Source: an uncultured Methanomicrobiales archaeon (GTDB lineage: Archaea > Halobacteriota > Methanomicrobia > Methanomicrobiales > Methanospirillaceae). From it: a DNA stretch of 64,000 nucleotides. Positions 40,450 through 50,740 of the stretch are shown piece after piece. Position numbers and translations under genes: made by a program. Numbering within the stretch: position 1 is the first letter of the stretch; every line of letters begins with the position of its first letter. The notes under the pieces are model-generated. The model was not told where the DNA came from and searched no databases. It was given only the letters and a program-made list of their open reading frames with translations. Location of the stretch: contig OY969100.1 of the NCBI GenBank assembly GCA_963697895.1, forward strand, positions 192,001 through 256,000, given 5' to 3'.

Positions 40450-41350
40450 AAAGAATAGATCACATTTTTAAACAAAATTCTGAAGTTCCCATGGGAACAG
40501 GTTTGGAACAGGTTGGGTCCTTCACTGGGAACAGATCGAATACGGTTTAAAACGATTGAATGAGTAATCGGTACATTATAAAAGATAATAATAATATAGA
40601 ATACTATGAAGTTCCCAAAAAACAGAGAGCGCAGTAAACACTGTTAACACATCTGCGAACTTTCAATTTTCTTATTCCTGTTCCCCTCCCACGTGCGTTC
40701 CGGGAAATTGGGAACACCTGTTGGAAAAACTTGCAGATTATCTATAAAATGATGAATGGATTTCTTATTGTAGATATTTACCTGTTCCCAGATCTGTTCC
40801 CAATCAGTTCCCAGCTGGGAACAGGTGGAACAGGTTAAGGAACGCGAATAGATTTCGACACGTCCCCCCGTAACAGCATTTGATAAAGAGGCGCCGGCAT
40901 TTTCGTTTGAATGTCCGGCGGGAAACTCCCTGTGGGAGAACCAAAAAGATAGCATAAGTTTGATGTGATCCCATCTTTTTCCCATCGTTTCCCAGTGGGA
41001 AAGGGTTGGGAAACGATCTGGGAAACGATAATTTTCGATCTATGCAGTTATTTTCTCAATAACTCCCTGATCTATAAAGTTCAGGTTTTCGTTTTCCCAT
41101 TTTTCGCATTTTCAGGAAACGCAGACACAAGATGATGGAGGATCAAAAAATAAATTTGGAAAAAAATGTTAACAGTGTTTACCGCGCTCTCACACTTTTG
41201 GGAAAACTAATTGTTATATATTTATTATTTCTATTTTAATCATCCGGATTTCTTATTGGAACATTATTTAACCCATTTGATTGTTTCCCAATTGCTTTCC
41301 CAATCGTATCCCAGGTGGGAAAACTGGGAAACGATTGATCTATTTTCTGC
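40450..41350. repeat. Diverged ~900-bp inverted duplication made of two iteron-rich, AT-rich modules (origin-like)
   Basis: Core GAGAGCGCRGTAAACACTGTTAACA at 40625-40649 (+) and 41167-41191 (-); ~12 GGAACA-type repeats in the left arm, ~12 GGGAAA-type in the right arm. Confidence 0.85.
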
Positions 41351-41564
41351 GGTACTTACTGCACTCGTACCCTCTTTGTGGAAATTCAAGGGAAATTCTT
41401 GTAAAAATATCTCCACCCCCGGGCGCTGGCGATTTATCTTGATCCCGGTCGATGAATCGTCACCAGCGGTTAGGAGCATATCTTGTCAGATGAAAGGGGC
41501 TTTTCATCTCCCGACGGACAACAAACCCCAACCTGTTAATAGAAAAAAGGATTACCAGAACCCC

Positions 41565-41825
41565 ATGGGTTTTCCCCCCACCGCGGATCAGTTCCGGGCC
41601 CTCTTCCGGAAGAAATCGATCGCCGAACTCGAGAAGAATGTCTCGACGACCCATGCCCTGAAACGGGTCCTCGGGACGTGGGAGCTGATCTTCCTCGGGA
41701 TCGGTGCGGTGGTCGGCACCGGCATCTTCGTCATCACCGGGATCGCGGCGGCCGATTACGCCGGTCCCGGGGTGGTCCTCTCGTTCGTGATCCCGGGGAC
41801 CGCCGCGATCTTTGCCGCAGCGTGA
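41565..41825 (+). pseudogene. Truncated 5' copy (86 aa) of the APC amino acid permease at 48003
   Basis: 41516-41819 aligns without gaps to 47954-48257, then stops after TM2. Confidence 0.9.
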
Positions 41826-42004
41826 GGGCATAACGACAATTCGTTCTCTCTTTTTATCCAAACAACAATTCATGACTAAACTGAAGAATAATTCCGGTCC
41901 GGACGGTGACAACATCTATAAAGCCGTGAATCGGGAGTAACTATCAGGGAGAAAAGGTTTATGGCACTCTTCAGAGGTAAAAAAATCCGAATTGAGGTTA
42001 AAAC

Positions 42005-45000
42005 ATGAAAATACAAGCAATAGTTTTACTGATTATCATATCCAGCCTTTTTTTCGCCGGGATAGTATCAGCCGGACAGGAAACGGGAACCCTCTTTGTC
42101 TGGGGGGATAACAGCTTCGGGCAGTGTACGAACGTCCCGGCGGGGAACGACTTCACTGCTGCCGCCGCAGGCAGGTACCATACCGTTGCCCTGCGGGAGA
42201 ACGGGAGCATCGTGGCATGGGGCGACAATATGTACGACCAGTGCAATGCCCCGGCGGGGAATGAATATACCGCCATCGCCGCAGGCGGTATGAACAGCAT
42301 GGCACTCCGGCAGAACGGGACCCTCGTGGTCTGGGGGGATAACTCGTCAGGTCAAAGCAAGATTCCGGCAGAGAACGATTTTAAAGCCATCGCCGTCGGA
42401 GGATCCGAGTTCTGTGTGGCATTGAGGAACAACGGGAGCATCGTGGCATGGGGCAACAACGGATATGGCCAGTGCAATGTCCCGGCAGGGAACAATTTTA
42501 CGGCCATCAGCGCCGGGACCGACTTCGCCATGGCCCTGCGGCAGGATGGCAGCATCGCTGCGTGGGGTCTCAACCAGTTCGGCCAGTGCAGCGTCCCATC
42601 GGAGAAAGATTTTTCAGCCGTCTCGGCAGGGTGGAGTTCCGCCCTTGCCTTACGAACCAATGGCACGGTCATCGGCTGGGGGATGAACAATGCAAACCAG
42701 GGTACTCCGCCTCCGGGGAACGGGTACCGCCAGATCGCCACCGGGGACCAGTTCTCCGGTGCCCTCTGGCAGAACAACAGCATCGTTACCTGGGGCGCGA
42801 ACTGGAATGGCCTGGACCAGCCCCCACTGGGAGATAACTATTCTTCGCTGAGTGCAGGCCAGGCCCACGCAGTGGCCCTGCATTCGCCACTCTGGGTAAA
42901 TGCTTCTGTTTCAGGAGGTCACGGTACCGCCGACCCCCCGAATCAAACCGCGATATTCCTTTCGGGAGTAAATGTGACGTTCACCCCCGATCCCGGGTAT
43001 TATATCTCATCGATCACCGACAACGGGGTGGACCAGGAGGTTGAAAACCCCTATTCCATCTCCGGCATCCGGGGCGACCATCAGGTCGTGGTCTTTTTCG
43101 CAGCGATCCCCTCTGAATATTCCGTGAATGCGGCGGCGATCGGTGGCCACGGTACTGTTGCTCCCTCCCAGCAGACGGTCGGCATCTACGAGAACGCGAC
43201 CATCAACCTCAATCCGGACCCGGGATATAGTATCGGGGCGATCTTCGATAACGGGATATCGCAGCAGGTCCAGGACCCGTACATCATCAACGATGTAGAA
43301 ACCACCCATGATGTCGTGGTGATCTTCATCACCCATCTGCCTGGCAGCCTCAGTGCCTGGGGATATAATGACCAGGGATCATGCGATGTCCCGGCAGGGG
43401 ATAACTACACTGCCATTGCCTCCGGCTGGGGGAGCAGCCTGGCCGAAAGAAACGGGACGCTTATCGACTGGGGCGATAACCAGGACGGCCAGCATGATGT
43501 CCCGGCGGGAGACGACTACCTGGCACTTTCCAGCGGTTATTTCCATAACCTGGCGTTGCAGCAGGACGGGAGCATCGCTGCCTGGGGAAACAACCAGTAC
43601 GGCCAGTGCAATGTCCCGGCCGGTATCACGTATGCCGCGGTCAGCGCCGGGGGGTGGCACAGCCTGGCGATCGCGACGAACGGCAGTATCGTGGCATGGG
43701 GAGAGTCAACGGGAGAGGCCCCGGCAGGGAATGACTATATGGCGATCGCTTCAGGGTGGTATCACAACCTGGCCCTGCGCCAGGATGGAAGCGTCGTGGC
43801 ATGGGGAAATAACGTTGCCGGCCAGTGTAATGTCCCGGCAGGGAACGACTATGTCGCGGTAAGCGGTGGGGGATATCACAGCCTGGCGCTGCGGCAGAAC
43901 GGGAGCATCGTGGCATGGGGGGACAACCAGTATGGCCAGTGCAACGTCCCGGCAGGGAACGATTATGTCGCGGTAAGCGGTGGGGGGTATTTCAGCCTGG
44001 CGTTGCGGCAGAACGGGAGCATCGTGGCATGGGGGGCGAACGATTCCGGCGAATGCGATGCCCCGGATGGGACCTTTTCCACTATCGCAGGCGGCTATGA
44101 GCACAGCCTGGCCATTGCAACGGGGTCCGGTGCTCCAGTCGCGGGCTTCTCTGCCACCCCAACGAGTGGAATATCCCCCCTCCAGGTGCAGTTCAATGAT
44201 ACCTCTACCGGTACGCCTCCCCTGTCGTATCGATGGAATTTTGGTGACGGGACCCCGAATGTCACCGTGCAGAATCCCGTGCATACGTACACGACAGGAT
44301 CCAATCAGACCTTCACCGCGGTGCTGACCGTTGAAAACAGTTTTGGGACTGATAGTAACGGGTATGAGATCCAGGTCAATAGTTCCGAAACATCTACCGA
44401 TTATTGGGCTCCGTGGGTAACAAAGACCAATACCACTTCCGCAACGATCAACTGGCTGGGTGGAAGCAATGAATCGGGCGTAATAGACTATGCGGCTTCG
44501 AGTTATTACAACCAGTATAAAAAATTTGATAAAACGGTAGCAGTCCAGGCCATGAACGCCTATCAGCAGGTTCTCCTGACCGACCTTGAACCAGATACAT
44601 CGTATACCTACCGGGTAAGGCCTTCAGGTAATGAGGACGTATTTGGCAACCGCAGGTTCCAGACCTTTCCGGTCAGCGGTCCGTTTACCTTCATTGTGAT
44701 CTCTGATTCACATGCCGATGATTATCGGTTCAAATACGTTGCAGATGCACTCAAAAACGAACAGGGGGCGCTTTTTATCCTTCATGGCGGGGACTTTGCC
44801 AATAATGACAACGCATCGGAATGGACAGACTTTTTTGACTATGGTGACGGGATGCTGGCGAATTATTCAATCTTTACCAGTATTGGAAACCATGAATATC
44901 ATAACATCAGTAATAATTCATCTACGGATGCATATGAGTACCGCAACGCGTTTGAGTACCCCCTGAACTATTCCTTTGACTGTGCCGGAATCCGGTTCGT

Positions 45001-47695
45001 TGTCCTTGATTCTCCGGACCCGGAGAACACCGATGACCAGAATCCGACCCTCGCCCATTCAGAGCGCCAGGTATCCTGGCTGAAAGACCAGCTGGATAAC
45101 AATATGTCCGGGACCTTTGTCCTGGATCATCATCCCGTCTGGACCTATGGCCGTGTCTCTTCGGAATCGGCCCTCCAGCCCTGGGAGACACTGTTTCATA
45201 AATACCCCATCAGTGCAGATTTCGCCGGCCATATCCACAGTTACCAGCGGTTCTCGGTGAATGGCATCCCCTATTTTATCGTTGCCAATGGCGGAGGTAA
45301 GTTTATCAACCTTTCTGACGGCAAACCGTTCCCGCCCTCGTACGTATACAACGCGACAAAGGAACTGGGATATCTCAAGGTCATGGTGGACCCGGCGAAT
45401 AATACGGCTACGGCGAACGAGTACTTTGTAGCCTCGGTCCCGGATTTTGATTCAAAAACGGGGACTGTTATCAGCCCGCCTCTTCTTGCCGACACCATTA
45501 CGTTTCCCCTGAGGACCAACACCCCGGACCCCGGGGGTATCCCGATCACGGCCCCCGCGGTGATCAGCAGCCCGGGACGATACCGGCTCATGAACGATCT
45601 CTCCAACTCCACCGCAGACACGGCCATCCGGATCACGGCATCGGACGTGTTCCTCAACGGGGACGGCCATACGCTCGATGGAGTATTGAAAATAAACGCT
45701 AACGGGGTCCTGGCAGGAGATGGGTCCGGGGGACGGGAAAATATCACCGTCACCAACCTTACCGTCACCGGGTGGGGGAACGGCATGCAGATACAGGGGG
45801 TGACCGAAGCCACGCTCCGGAACGACCGGATGACCGGCAACCAGGCAGGGATCACCCTTGACGGGTCCCCTCAGGGCACGGTTTCGAACTGCACCGTGAT
45901 CGACAACATCCCGCTGGAAGACCAGGGAGTATTCTTCGGCGGGAACGGGATCTATATCACGGATTCTCCCGGTACCTGCATCCTTGATTCGACCGTCAGC
46001 CACAACGGGTGGGGCGAGGCACTTCCCTCCGTCGGTGGCTTTGGAGTATTATCCCTGAACAACACCGGCCTTCTCATCTCCGGCTGCAGCATCGATGAAA
46101 ATGTCAACACCGGCATCTGGAGCCAGAACTCGAAGGATCCGATGGTGATGGGGAGCGAGTTCCTTCACAACGGGGGCAACGGCGGGATCTTCATGACGGC
46201 CCTGGCCACAGACCCGGTGATAAACTCCACCATCGCGGACAACTCCATTTCAGAGAGCGGGTATGGGATATGGCTTGTGGGGAACGACCACCGGGTCAGG
46301 AACAACACGGTGAGCAGTTGCGGATTTGGAATACTTATCGAAAACAGCCGGAATGCGACCCTGACCTGGAACGTGATGCTGAACAATACGATGAATTTCG
46401 GTGTGGATGGTCTTGTCACGGAACAGTTCTACCATCAGGTCGATACCACCAATACCGTCGACGGCCGCCCGATCTACTACCTCGTCAACCGGTCCGGTGT
46501 GGTTGTCGATAGTGCCACCCGGGCGGGAACGGTTTACGGGATCTCATGCCCCGATCTCACCATCAGGGACCTCGCCATCGGGAACAACGAGAACGGGATA
46601 TTCCTGCTCCAATCTGCCCGGGCGGTCATCACGAACGTGACCGCGACGGGGAACAGTAACGGGTTTGCAATCCAGGAGAGCGATGGCGCCCGGATCGAAA
46701 CGTGTACCGCCCGGGCGAATGCCGTCAACGGGTTCCTGGTACAGGATTCAGAAGGGGTGCGAATCACCGGCTCGGGCGCCGCCGAAACCCTGGGCGGATT
46801 AGATGTGGGGACAGGAATATCCGTCGAAAAATGCCAGGACATTCTCCTTTCCCAGGTGAACGCGAGCGAGAACAACTTTGCCGGGATAGAACTGAAAGAT
46901 ACCGACCGTGCATCGCTGGTGGACGTGACCGCCGATGCGAACGGGGCCGTCGGGATGATCCTCGGGGGAGATTCAGTCCAGGTCACCGGCTGCGACATTC
47001 GCGACAACCAGGGTCCCGGGATCGGCATGCTGGATTCCCGCAACTTCACTATCTGGAACAACTTCTTCTCGAATGAGGTGAATGTCGACCTCTCGCAGGG
47101 GTCTGTGACCGCTTCTTCCTGGAACACCACGAAGACCGCCGGCACCAACATCGTCGGCGGCCCGTACCTCGGAGGGAACTACTGGGCATCGCCGGACGGC
47201 ACCGGGTTCTCGCAGACCCATGCGGACCGCGGGGACGGGTTCTGCAATACATCATATCGTATTGACACAAAGAACACCGACTTCCTCCCGCTTCACCTGC
47301 ATGAGTCTCCGGTCGCCGGGATGAGCGGCTGGATCTCCTCCGGTTCGGACTATGGTCCCTCTTACGTGCCGGGCATCCGGGTCCGGGTTGCACGGAGCGC
47401 AGATGAACTCTCGATCCCTGGGAAGTACTGGGAGGCGGTGACGAATGACCAGGGGATCTATACCCTCACCGGCCTGCCTTCCGGGGTCCCCCTGTACGGA
47501 GCGGCCCTCTCCCCGGTGAACCGGCCGGATACGTACTATGAGCGGCCAGTCCAGTACCAGGTCAATGCCGGCCGCCTTATCACCTGTGTGAACCGGACCA
47601 GTACCCCCCTGATCCCGCCGCTTGTACCGGGCGCCCGGGCACCGGTGAACTGGGTCCTCACCCGGAACCCCGGTAACCAGGGATTCTTACTCTAA
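42005..47695 (+). CDS. Secreted multidomain protein: RCC1/BLIP-II repeats, PKD, purple-acid-phosphatase-like metallophosphoesterase, NosD/beta-helix
   Basis: Signal peptide; GSIVAWGDN.YGQCNVP repeats; YRWNFGDG; SDSH, HGGDF, GNHE, HHP, GHIH; NTVDGRPIYYL and GGPYLGGNYW. Confidence 0.88.
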   Translation: MKIQAIVLLIIISSLFFAGIVSAGQETGTLFVWGDNSFGQCTNVPAGNDFTAAAAGRYHTVALRENGSIVAWGDNMYDQCNAPAGNEYTAIAAGGMNSMALRQNGTLVVWGDNSSGQSKIPAENDFKAIAVGGSEFCVALRNNGSIVAWGNNGYGQCNVPAGNNFTAISAGTDFAMALRQDGSIAAWGLNQFGQCSVPSEKDFSAVSAGWSSALALRTNGTVIGWGMNNANQGTPPPGNGYRQIATGDQFSGALWQNNSIVTWGANWNGLDQPPLGDNYSSLSAGQAHAVALHSPLWVNASVSGGHGTADPPNQTAIFLSGVNVTFTPDPGYYISSITDNGVDQEVENPYSISGIRGDHQVVVFFAAIPSEYSVNAAAIGGHGTVAPSQQTVGIYENATINLNPDPGYSIGAIFDNGISQQVQDPYIINDVETTHDVVVIFITHLPGSLSAWGYNDQGSCDVPAGDNYTAIASGWGSSLAERNGTLIDWGDNQDGQHDVPAGDDYLALSSGYFHNLALQQDGSIAAWGNNQYGQCNVPAGITYAAVSAGGWHSLAIATNGSIVAWGESTGEAPAGNDYMAIASGWYHNLALRQDGSVVAWGNNVAGQCNVPAGNDYVAVSGGGYHSLALRQNGSIVAWGDNQYGQCNVPAGNDYVAVSGGGYFSLALRQNGSIVAWGANDSGECDAPDGTFSTIAGGYEHSLAIATGSGAPVAGFSATPTSGISPLQVQFNDTSTGTPPLSYRWNFGDGTPNVTVQNPVHTYTTGSNQTFTAVLTVENSFGTDSNGYEIQVNSSETSTDYWAPWVTKTNTTSATINWLGGSNESGVIDYAASSYYNQYKKFDKTVAVQAMNAYQQVLLTDLEPDTSYTYRVRPSGNEDVFGNRRFQTFPVSGPFTFIVISDSHADDYRFKYVADALKNEQGALFILHGGDFANNDNASEWTDFFDYGDGMLANYSIFTSIGNHEYHNISNNSSTDAYEYRNAFEYPLNYSFDCAGIRFVVLDSPDPENTDDQNPTLAHSERQVSWLKDQLDNNMSGTFVLDHHPVWTYGRVSSESALQPWETLFHKYPISADFAGHIHSYQRFSVNGIPYFIVANGGGKFINLSDGKPFPPSYVYNATKELGYLKVMVDPANNTATANEYFVASVPDFDSKTGTVISPPLLADTITFPLRTNTPDPGGIPITAPAVISSPGRYRLMNDLSNSTADTAIRITASDVFLNGDGHTLDGVLKINANGVLAGDGSGGRENITVTNLTVTGWGNGMQIQGVTEATLRNDRMTGNQAGITLDGSPQGTVSNCTVIDNIPLEDQGVFFGGNGIYITDSPGTCILDSTVSHNGWGEALPSVGGFGVLSLNNTGLLISGCSIDENVNTGIWSQNSKDPMVMGSEFLHNGGNGGIFMTALATDPVINSTIADNSISESGYGIWLVGNDHRVRNNTVSSCGFGILIENSRNATLTWNVMLNNTMNFGVDGLVTEQFYHQVDTTNTVDGRPIYYLVNRSGVVVDSATRAGTVYGISCPDLTIRDLAIGNNENGIFLLQSARAVITNVTATGNSNGFAIQESDGARIETCTARANAVNGFLVQDSEGVRITGSGAAETLGGLDVGTGISVEKCQDILLSQVNASENNFAGIELKDTDRASLVDVTADANGAVGMILGGDSVQVTGCDIRDNQGPGIGMLDSRNFTIWNNFFSNEVNVDLSQGSVTASSWNTTKTAGTNIVGGPYLGGNYWASPDGTGFSQTHADRGDGFCNTSYRIDTKNTDFLPLHLHESPVAGMSGWISSGSDYGPSYVPGIRVRVARSADELSIPGKYWEAVTNDQGIYTLTGLPSGVPLYGAALSPVNRPDTYYERPVQYQVNAGRLITCVNRTSTPLIPPLVPGARAPVNWVLTRNPGNQGFLL

Positions 47696-48002
47696 TCCTT
47701 TTTCGGAGAATTTTTCGTCAATTCCTGTCCTATCTCCGCCTCCGGAAGACGTGTGCCGGGATCAAGGAAAAGATCACATGCTGGTGGACCTCACCCGGAA
47801 CTCCATCTCCGGGATTTCTCAGGGAAAATTATGACAGAGGAAGTCATCCGATGAGTCCGTTCTGGGTTTTTTTGATCCCGATCACCGAAATCATCTCCCG
47901 TGTATGTCTGCGACCGCATTCTTTTGTGAAATGGGAAACCATGTCAGACGTAAGGACGACAAACCCCAACCTGTTAATAGAAAAAAGGATTACCAGAACC
48001 CC

Positions 48003-49433
48003 ATGGGTTTTCCCCCCACCGCGGACCAGGTCCGTTCGTTGTTCCGGAAGAAATCGATCGCCGAGCTCGAACAGAATATCTCGACGACCCATGCCCTGAA
48101 ACGGGTCCTCGGGACGTGGGAGCTGATCTTCCTCGGCATCGGTGCGGTGGTCGGCACCGGCATCTTCGTCATCACCGGGATCGCAGCGGCGGATTACGCC
48201 GGACCCGGGGTGGTCCTTTCTTTCGTGATCGCGGGGACCGCCGCGATCTTTGCCGCACTCTGCTACGCGGAGTTCGCGGCGATGGTCCCGATCGCGGGGA
48301 GTGCCTATACCTACAGTTATGCCTCGCTCGGGGAGATATGGGCATGGATCATCGGCTGGGACCTGATCCTCGAGTACACGGTCGCGGTTGCCGCGGTCGC
48401 GATCGGGTGGTCGGGGTATATCGCCGTTTTCTTCGCCGAGGCAGGGTTTCCCCTGCCTCCCGCGCTCATAAACCCATACGGCACCGCGGGAGGGATCGTC
48501 AACCTCCCCGCGATCCTGATCATCGCCCTGATCACCGGGCTCCTCATCCTCGGGGTGCAGGAGAGCACCCGGGTGAACAACGTGATCGTCCTGATCAAGC
48601 TCTCCGTGCTCGCCGTCTTCCTGTTCATCGGCTTCGGGCATATCAATCCGGCGAACTGGAACCCGTTCCTCCCGTTCGGCCTGAGCGGGGTGGTCGCCGG
48701 GGCAGCGATCGTCTTCTTCGCGTACATCGGGTTCGACGCGGTCTCGACGGCGGCCGAGGAGGTCCGCGACCCGCAGAAGCGGCTTCCGGTCGGGATCATC
48801 TTCTCGCTCCTCATCTCCACCGCCCTGTACATCGCGGTGGCCGCCGTCCTCACCCTCATCGTCCCGTACACGAGCCTCGGGGAGACGGCGGCACCGGTCG
48901 CGTACGCCCTCACCCAGATCGGGGTGACCTGGGGGGCGGCCCTGGTCTCGGTCGGGGCGATCGCCGGGATCACCTCGGTCATCCTCGTGCTCCTGTACGG
49001 GCAGTCACGGATCTTCTTTGCGATGGCGAGGGACGGGCTCCTGCCTGCGGTCTTCGCCCGGGTGCACCCGGTCCTCCGGACACCGGTCCTCGTCAGCCTC
49101 CTCCTCGGCGTGGTCACCGCGGTACTCGCGAGTCTCCTTTCCCTCGAGTCGATCGCCGAGCTCGTGAACATCGGCACCCTCGCCGCCTTCATCATCGTCT
49201 CCGCCGGGGTGATCGCCCTCCGGAGGTCGCACCCGGAGATCCCGCGGCCCTTCCGGTGCCCGCTGGTCCCGCTCGTGCCGCTGCTCGCCATCGGGTTCTG
49301 CGGGTACCTTGCCTGGGTTCTCCCCGCGATCACCCACCTGCGGTTCGTGGTCTGGCTCCTGATCGGGCTCGTGATCTACTTCCTCTACGGCCGGTACCGC
49401 AGTACCGAAGGAAAAATGCGAACGCAACCGTGA
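48003..49433 (+). CDS. APC family amino acid permease (cationic amino acid transporter-like)
   Basis: LKRVLG, GAVVGTGIFV, LCYAEFA, AGSAYTY, FAYIGFDAVSTAAEE, RPFRCP. Confidence 0.94.
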   Translation: MGFPPTADQVRSLFRKKSIAELEQNISTTHALKRVLGTWELIFLGIGAVVGTGIFVITGIAAADYAGPGVVLSFVIAGTAAIFAALCYAEFAAMVPIAGSAYTYSYASLGEIWAWIIGWDLILEYTVAVAAVAIGWSGYIAVFFAEAGFPLPPALINPYGTAGGIVNLPAILIIALITGLLILGVQESTRVNNVIVLIKLSVLAVFLFIGFGHINPANWNPFLPFGLSGVVAGAAIVFFAYIGFDAVSTAAEEVRDPQKRLPVGIIFSLLISTALYIAVAAVLTLIVPYTSLGETAAPVAYALTQIGVTWGAALVSVGAIAGITSVILVLLYGQSRIFFAMARDGLLPAVFARVHPVLRTPVLVSLLLGVVTAVLASLLSLESIAELVNIGTLAAFIIVSAGVIALRRSHPEIPRPFRCPLVPLVPLLAIGFCGYLAWVLPAITHLRFVVWLLIGLVIYFLYGRYRSTEGKMRTQP

Positions 49434-49476
49434 GGAGACGCTGACCGGGTATCCCGATGAGGAAGCTCACGGGGAA

Positions 49477-49650
49477 GAACAGACCGGCAGAGACGATGAA
49501 CGAGGATGAACGGGCCCGTAGAGAACGATGTAAGGGATGAATGGACCGGAAAATAGCCGATGCAGGGCATGAATAAGAAAATTCCATGGAAGAATAACAG
49601 ACCGGTAAGAAGACGATGCAGGGTATGAACGGACCCGGTAAGGGAATGAA
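49477..49650. repeat. Degenerate ~31-bp tandem array (about five copies)
   Basis: GAAC.GACCGG...GACGATG...GG.AT units at ~49477, 49508, 49539, 49595 and 49627. Confidence 0.7.
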
Positions 49651-49676
49651 CGTTTGATAAAAACAGAGGAGAGTGT

Positions 49677-49901
49677 TCAGGCGGGAAGCTCCGCCCCGCT
49701 CTCGAAGAACTTCATCGCCCCCGGCGCATGCTTCTTCAGTTCGGCGAAGAAGTACCGGGTAAATTTCGGATCGGAATCGGCAATCGAGCCGCTCACCGTC
49801 CGGATGAGCCAGTTCGGCAACTCGGGGTCTTCATCGAGGCTGTTCTTGATCACCACGATCGTCTCGTCGACATCGACATTCTTCTTCCATCGGTATGGCA
49901 T
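49677..49901 (-). CDS. Hypothetical protein, 74 aa
   Basis: GC3-rich codons, GAAGGTGTG upstream, TATA-like CTTATAT ~40 nt upstream. Confidence 0.75.
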   Translation of the reverse strand: MPYRWKKNVDVDETIVVIKNSLDEDPELPNWLIRTVSGSIADSDPKFTRYFFAELKKHAPGAMKFFESGAELPA

Positions 49902-50740
49902 TTTTCACACCTTCCGTCGACGACTCTGGTCCCCGGGATATAAGAAGGTATCGGAACCCGGATCAACCGGGAACTGTTCTTTCGAAAAACTCCGGCGGGA
50001 TATTGGTGATGAAATACCTGTTTCCCGCGGATCTTCGGTCTCCGTACAACCCGGCCTCGTGACGGGAGGCCGAACAGCGGGGGGACCTGGTTTTCCACAA
50101 ATATGTTCCTATATAACTTTTCCTCAGGAATGCCGGTAAAAGGGTCCGGCCTCTGTCGTCAATGATTGACCCGCGGGGTACGATCGTCCCACCCGGGAGA
50201 GGGACAAACTTAAGGATCCTCGGACCGACCCGTCCTTCACTCATAGTTCACTATGAGGAATAACCCAAGAGGTGATGCCACGCAACAAAAAAACAGAAGG
50301 CCCCTATGGGGAGCCGTGGTGAAAAACCGCTCGGTCGGCATCTGCCGTCCCGGCAACACCCGTCCCCTCCCGTACTCTGTCACCGATACCGCACATGGAC
50401 ATAGAATATATCGGCAACCTCTCCGTGTTCGCGTGGTCTTTCGACAACCACGGACAGATCCCGGAAGACATACGGTTTCATCCCGTGAATGCCAGCCAAT
50501 GCCATAGTCCTCCTACATACCATGCTGCAATAAAAATAAAACAATTATTTTCGGCAATCACGGGGCTCCGATCGGATTTTTTTCCCGGGAAGATACTTTT
50601 TTTACAAGGGATCGCCGACCCCGGAAGCTGATCAGATTTTTCCCTGAAGGAATGAGTGAATGGGATCGTCGACGGATTCAATTTTCCTATAAAAACCGAG
50701 ATGTATTTGAATAATCAAAAAGAGATCTATTCAAATATCC

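Noticed and set aside
40450-41350. Definite chromosomal oriC
   Set aside because: Only loose similarity to ORB boxes, no G-strings of the usual form and no adjacent orc1/cdc6; kept as an origin-like finding only.
49963-50631. Short ORFs or gene remnants in the spacer before the lipoprotein gene
   Set aside because: No recognisable motif or consistent codon bias; cannot be supported without a search.
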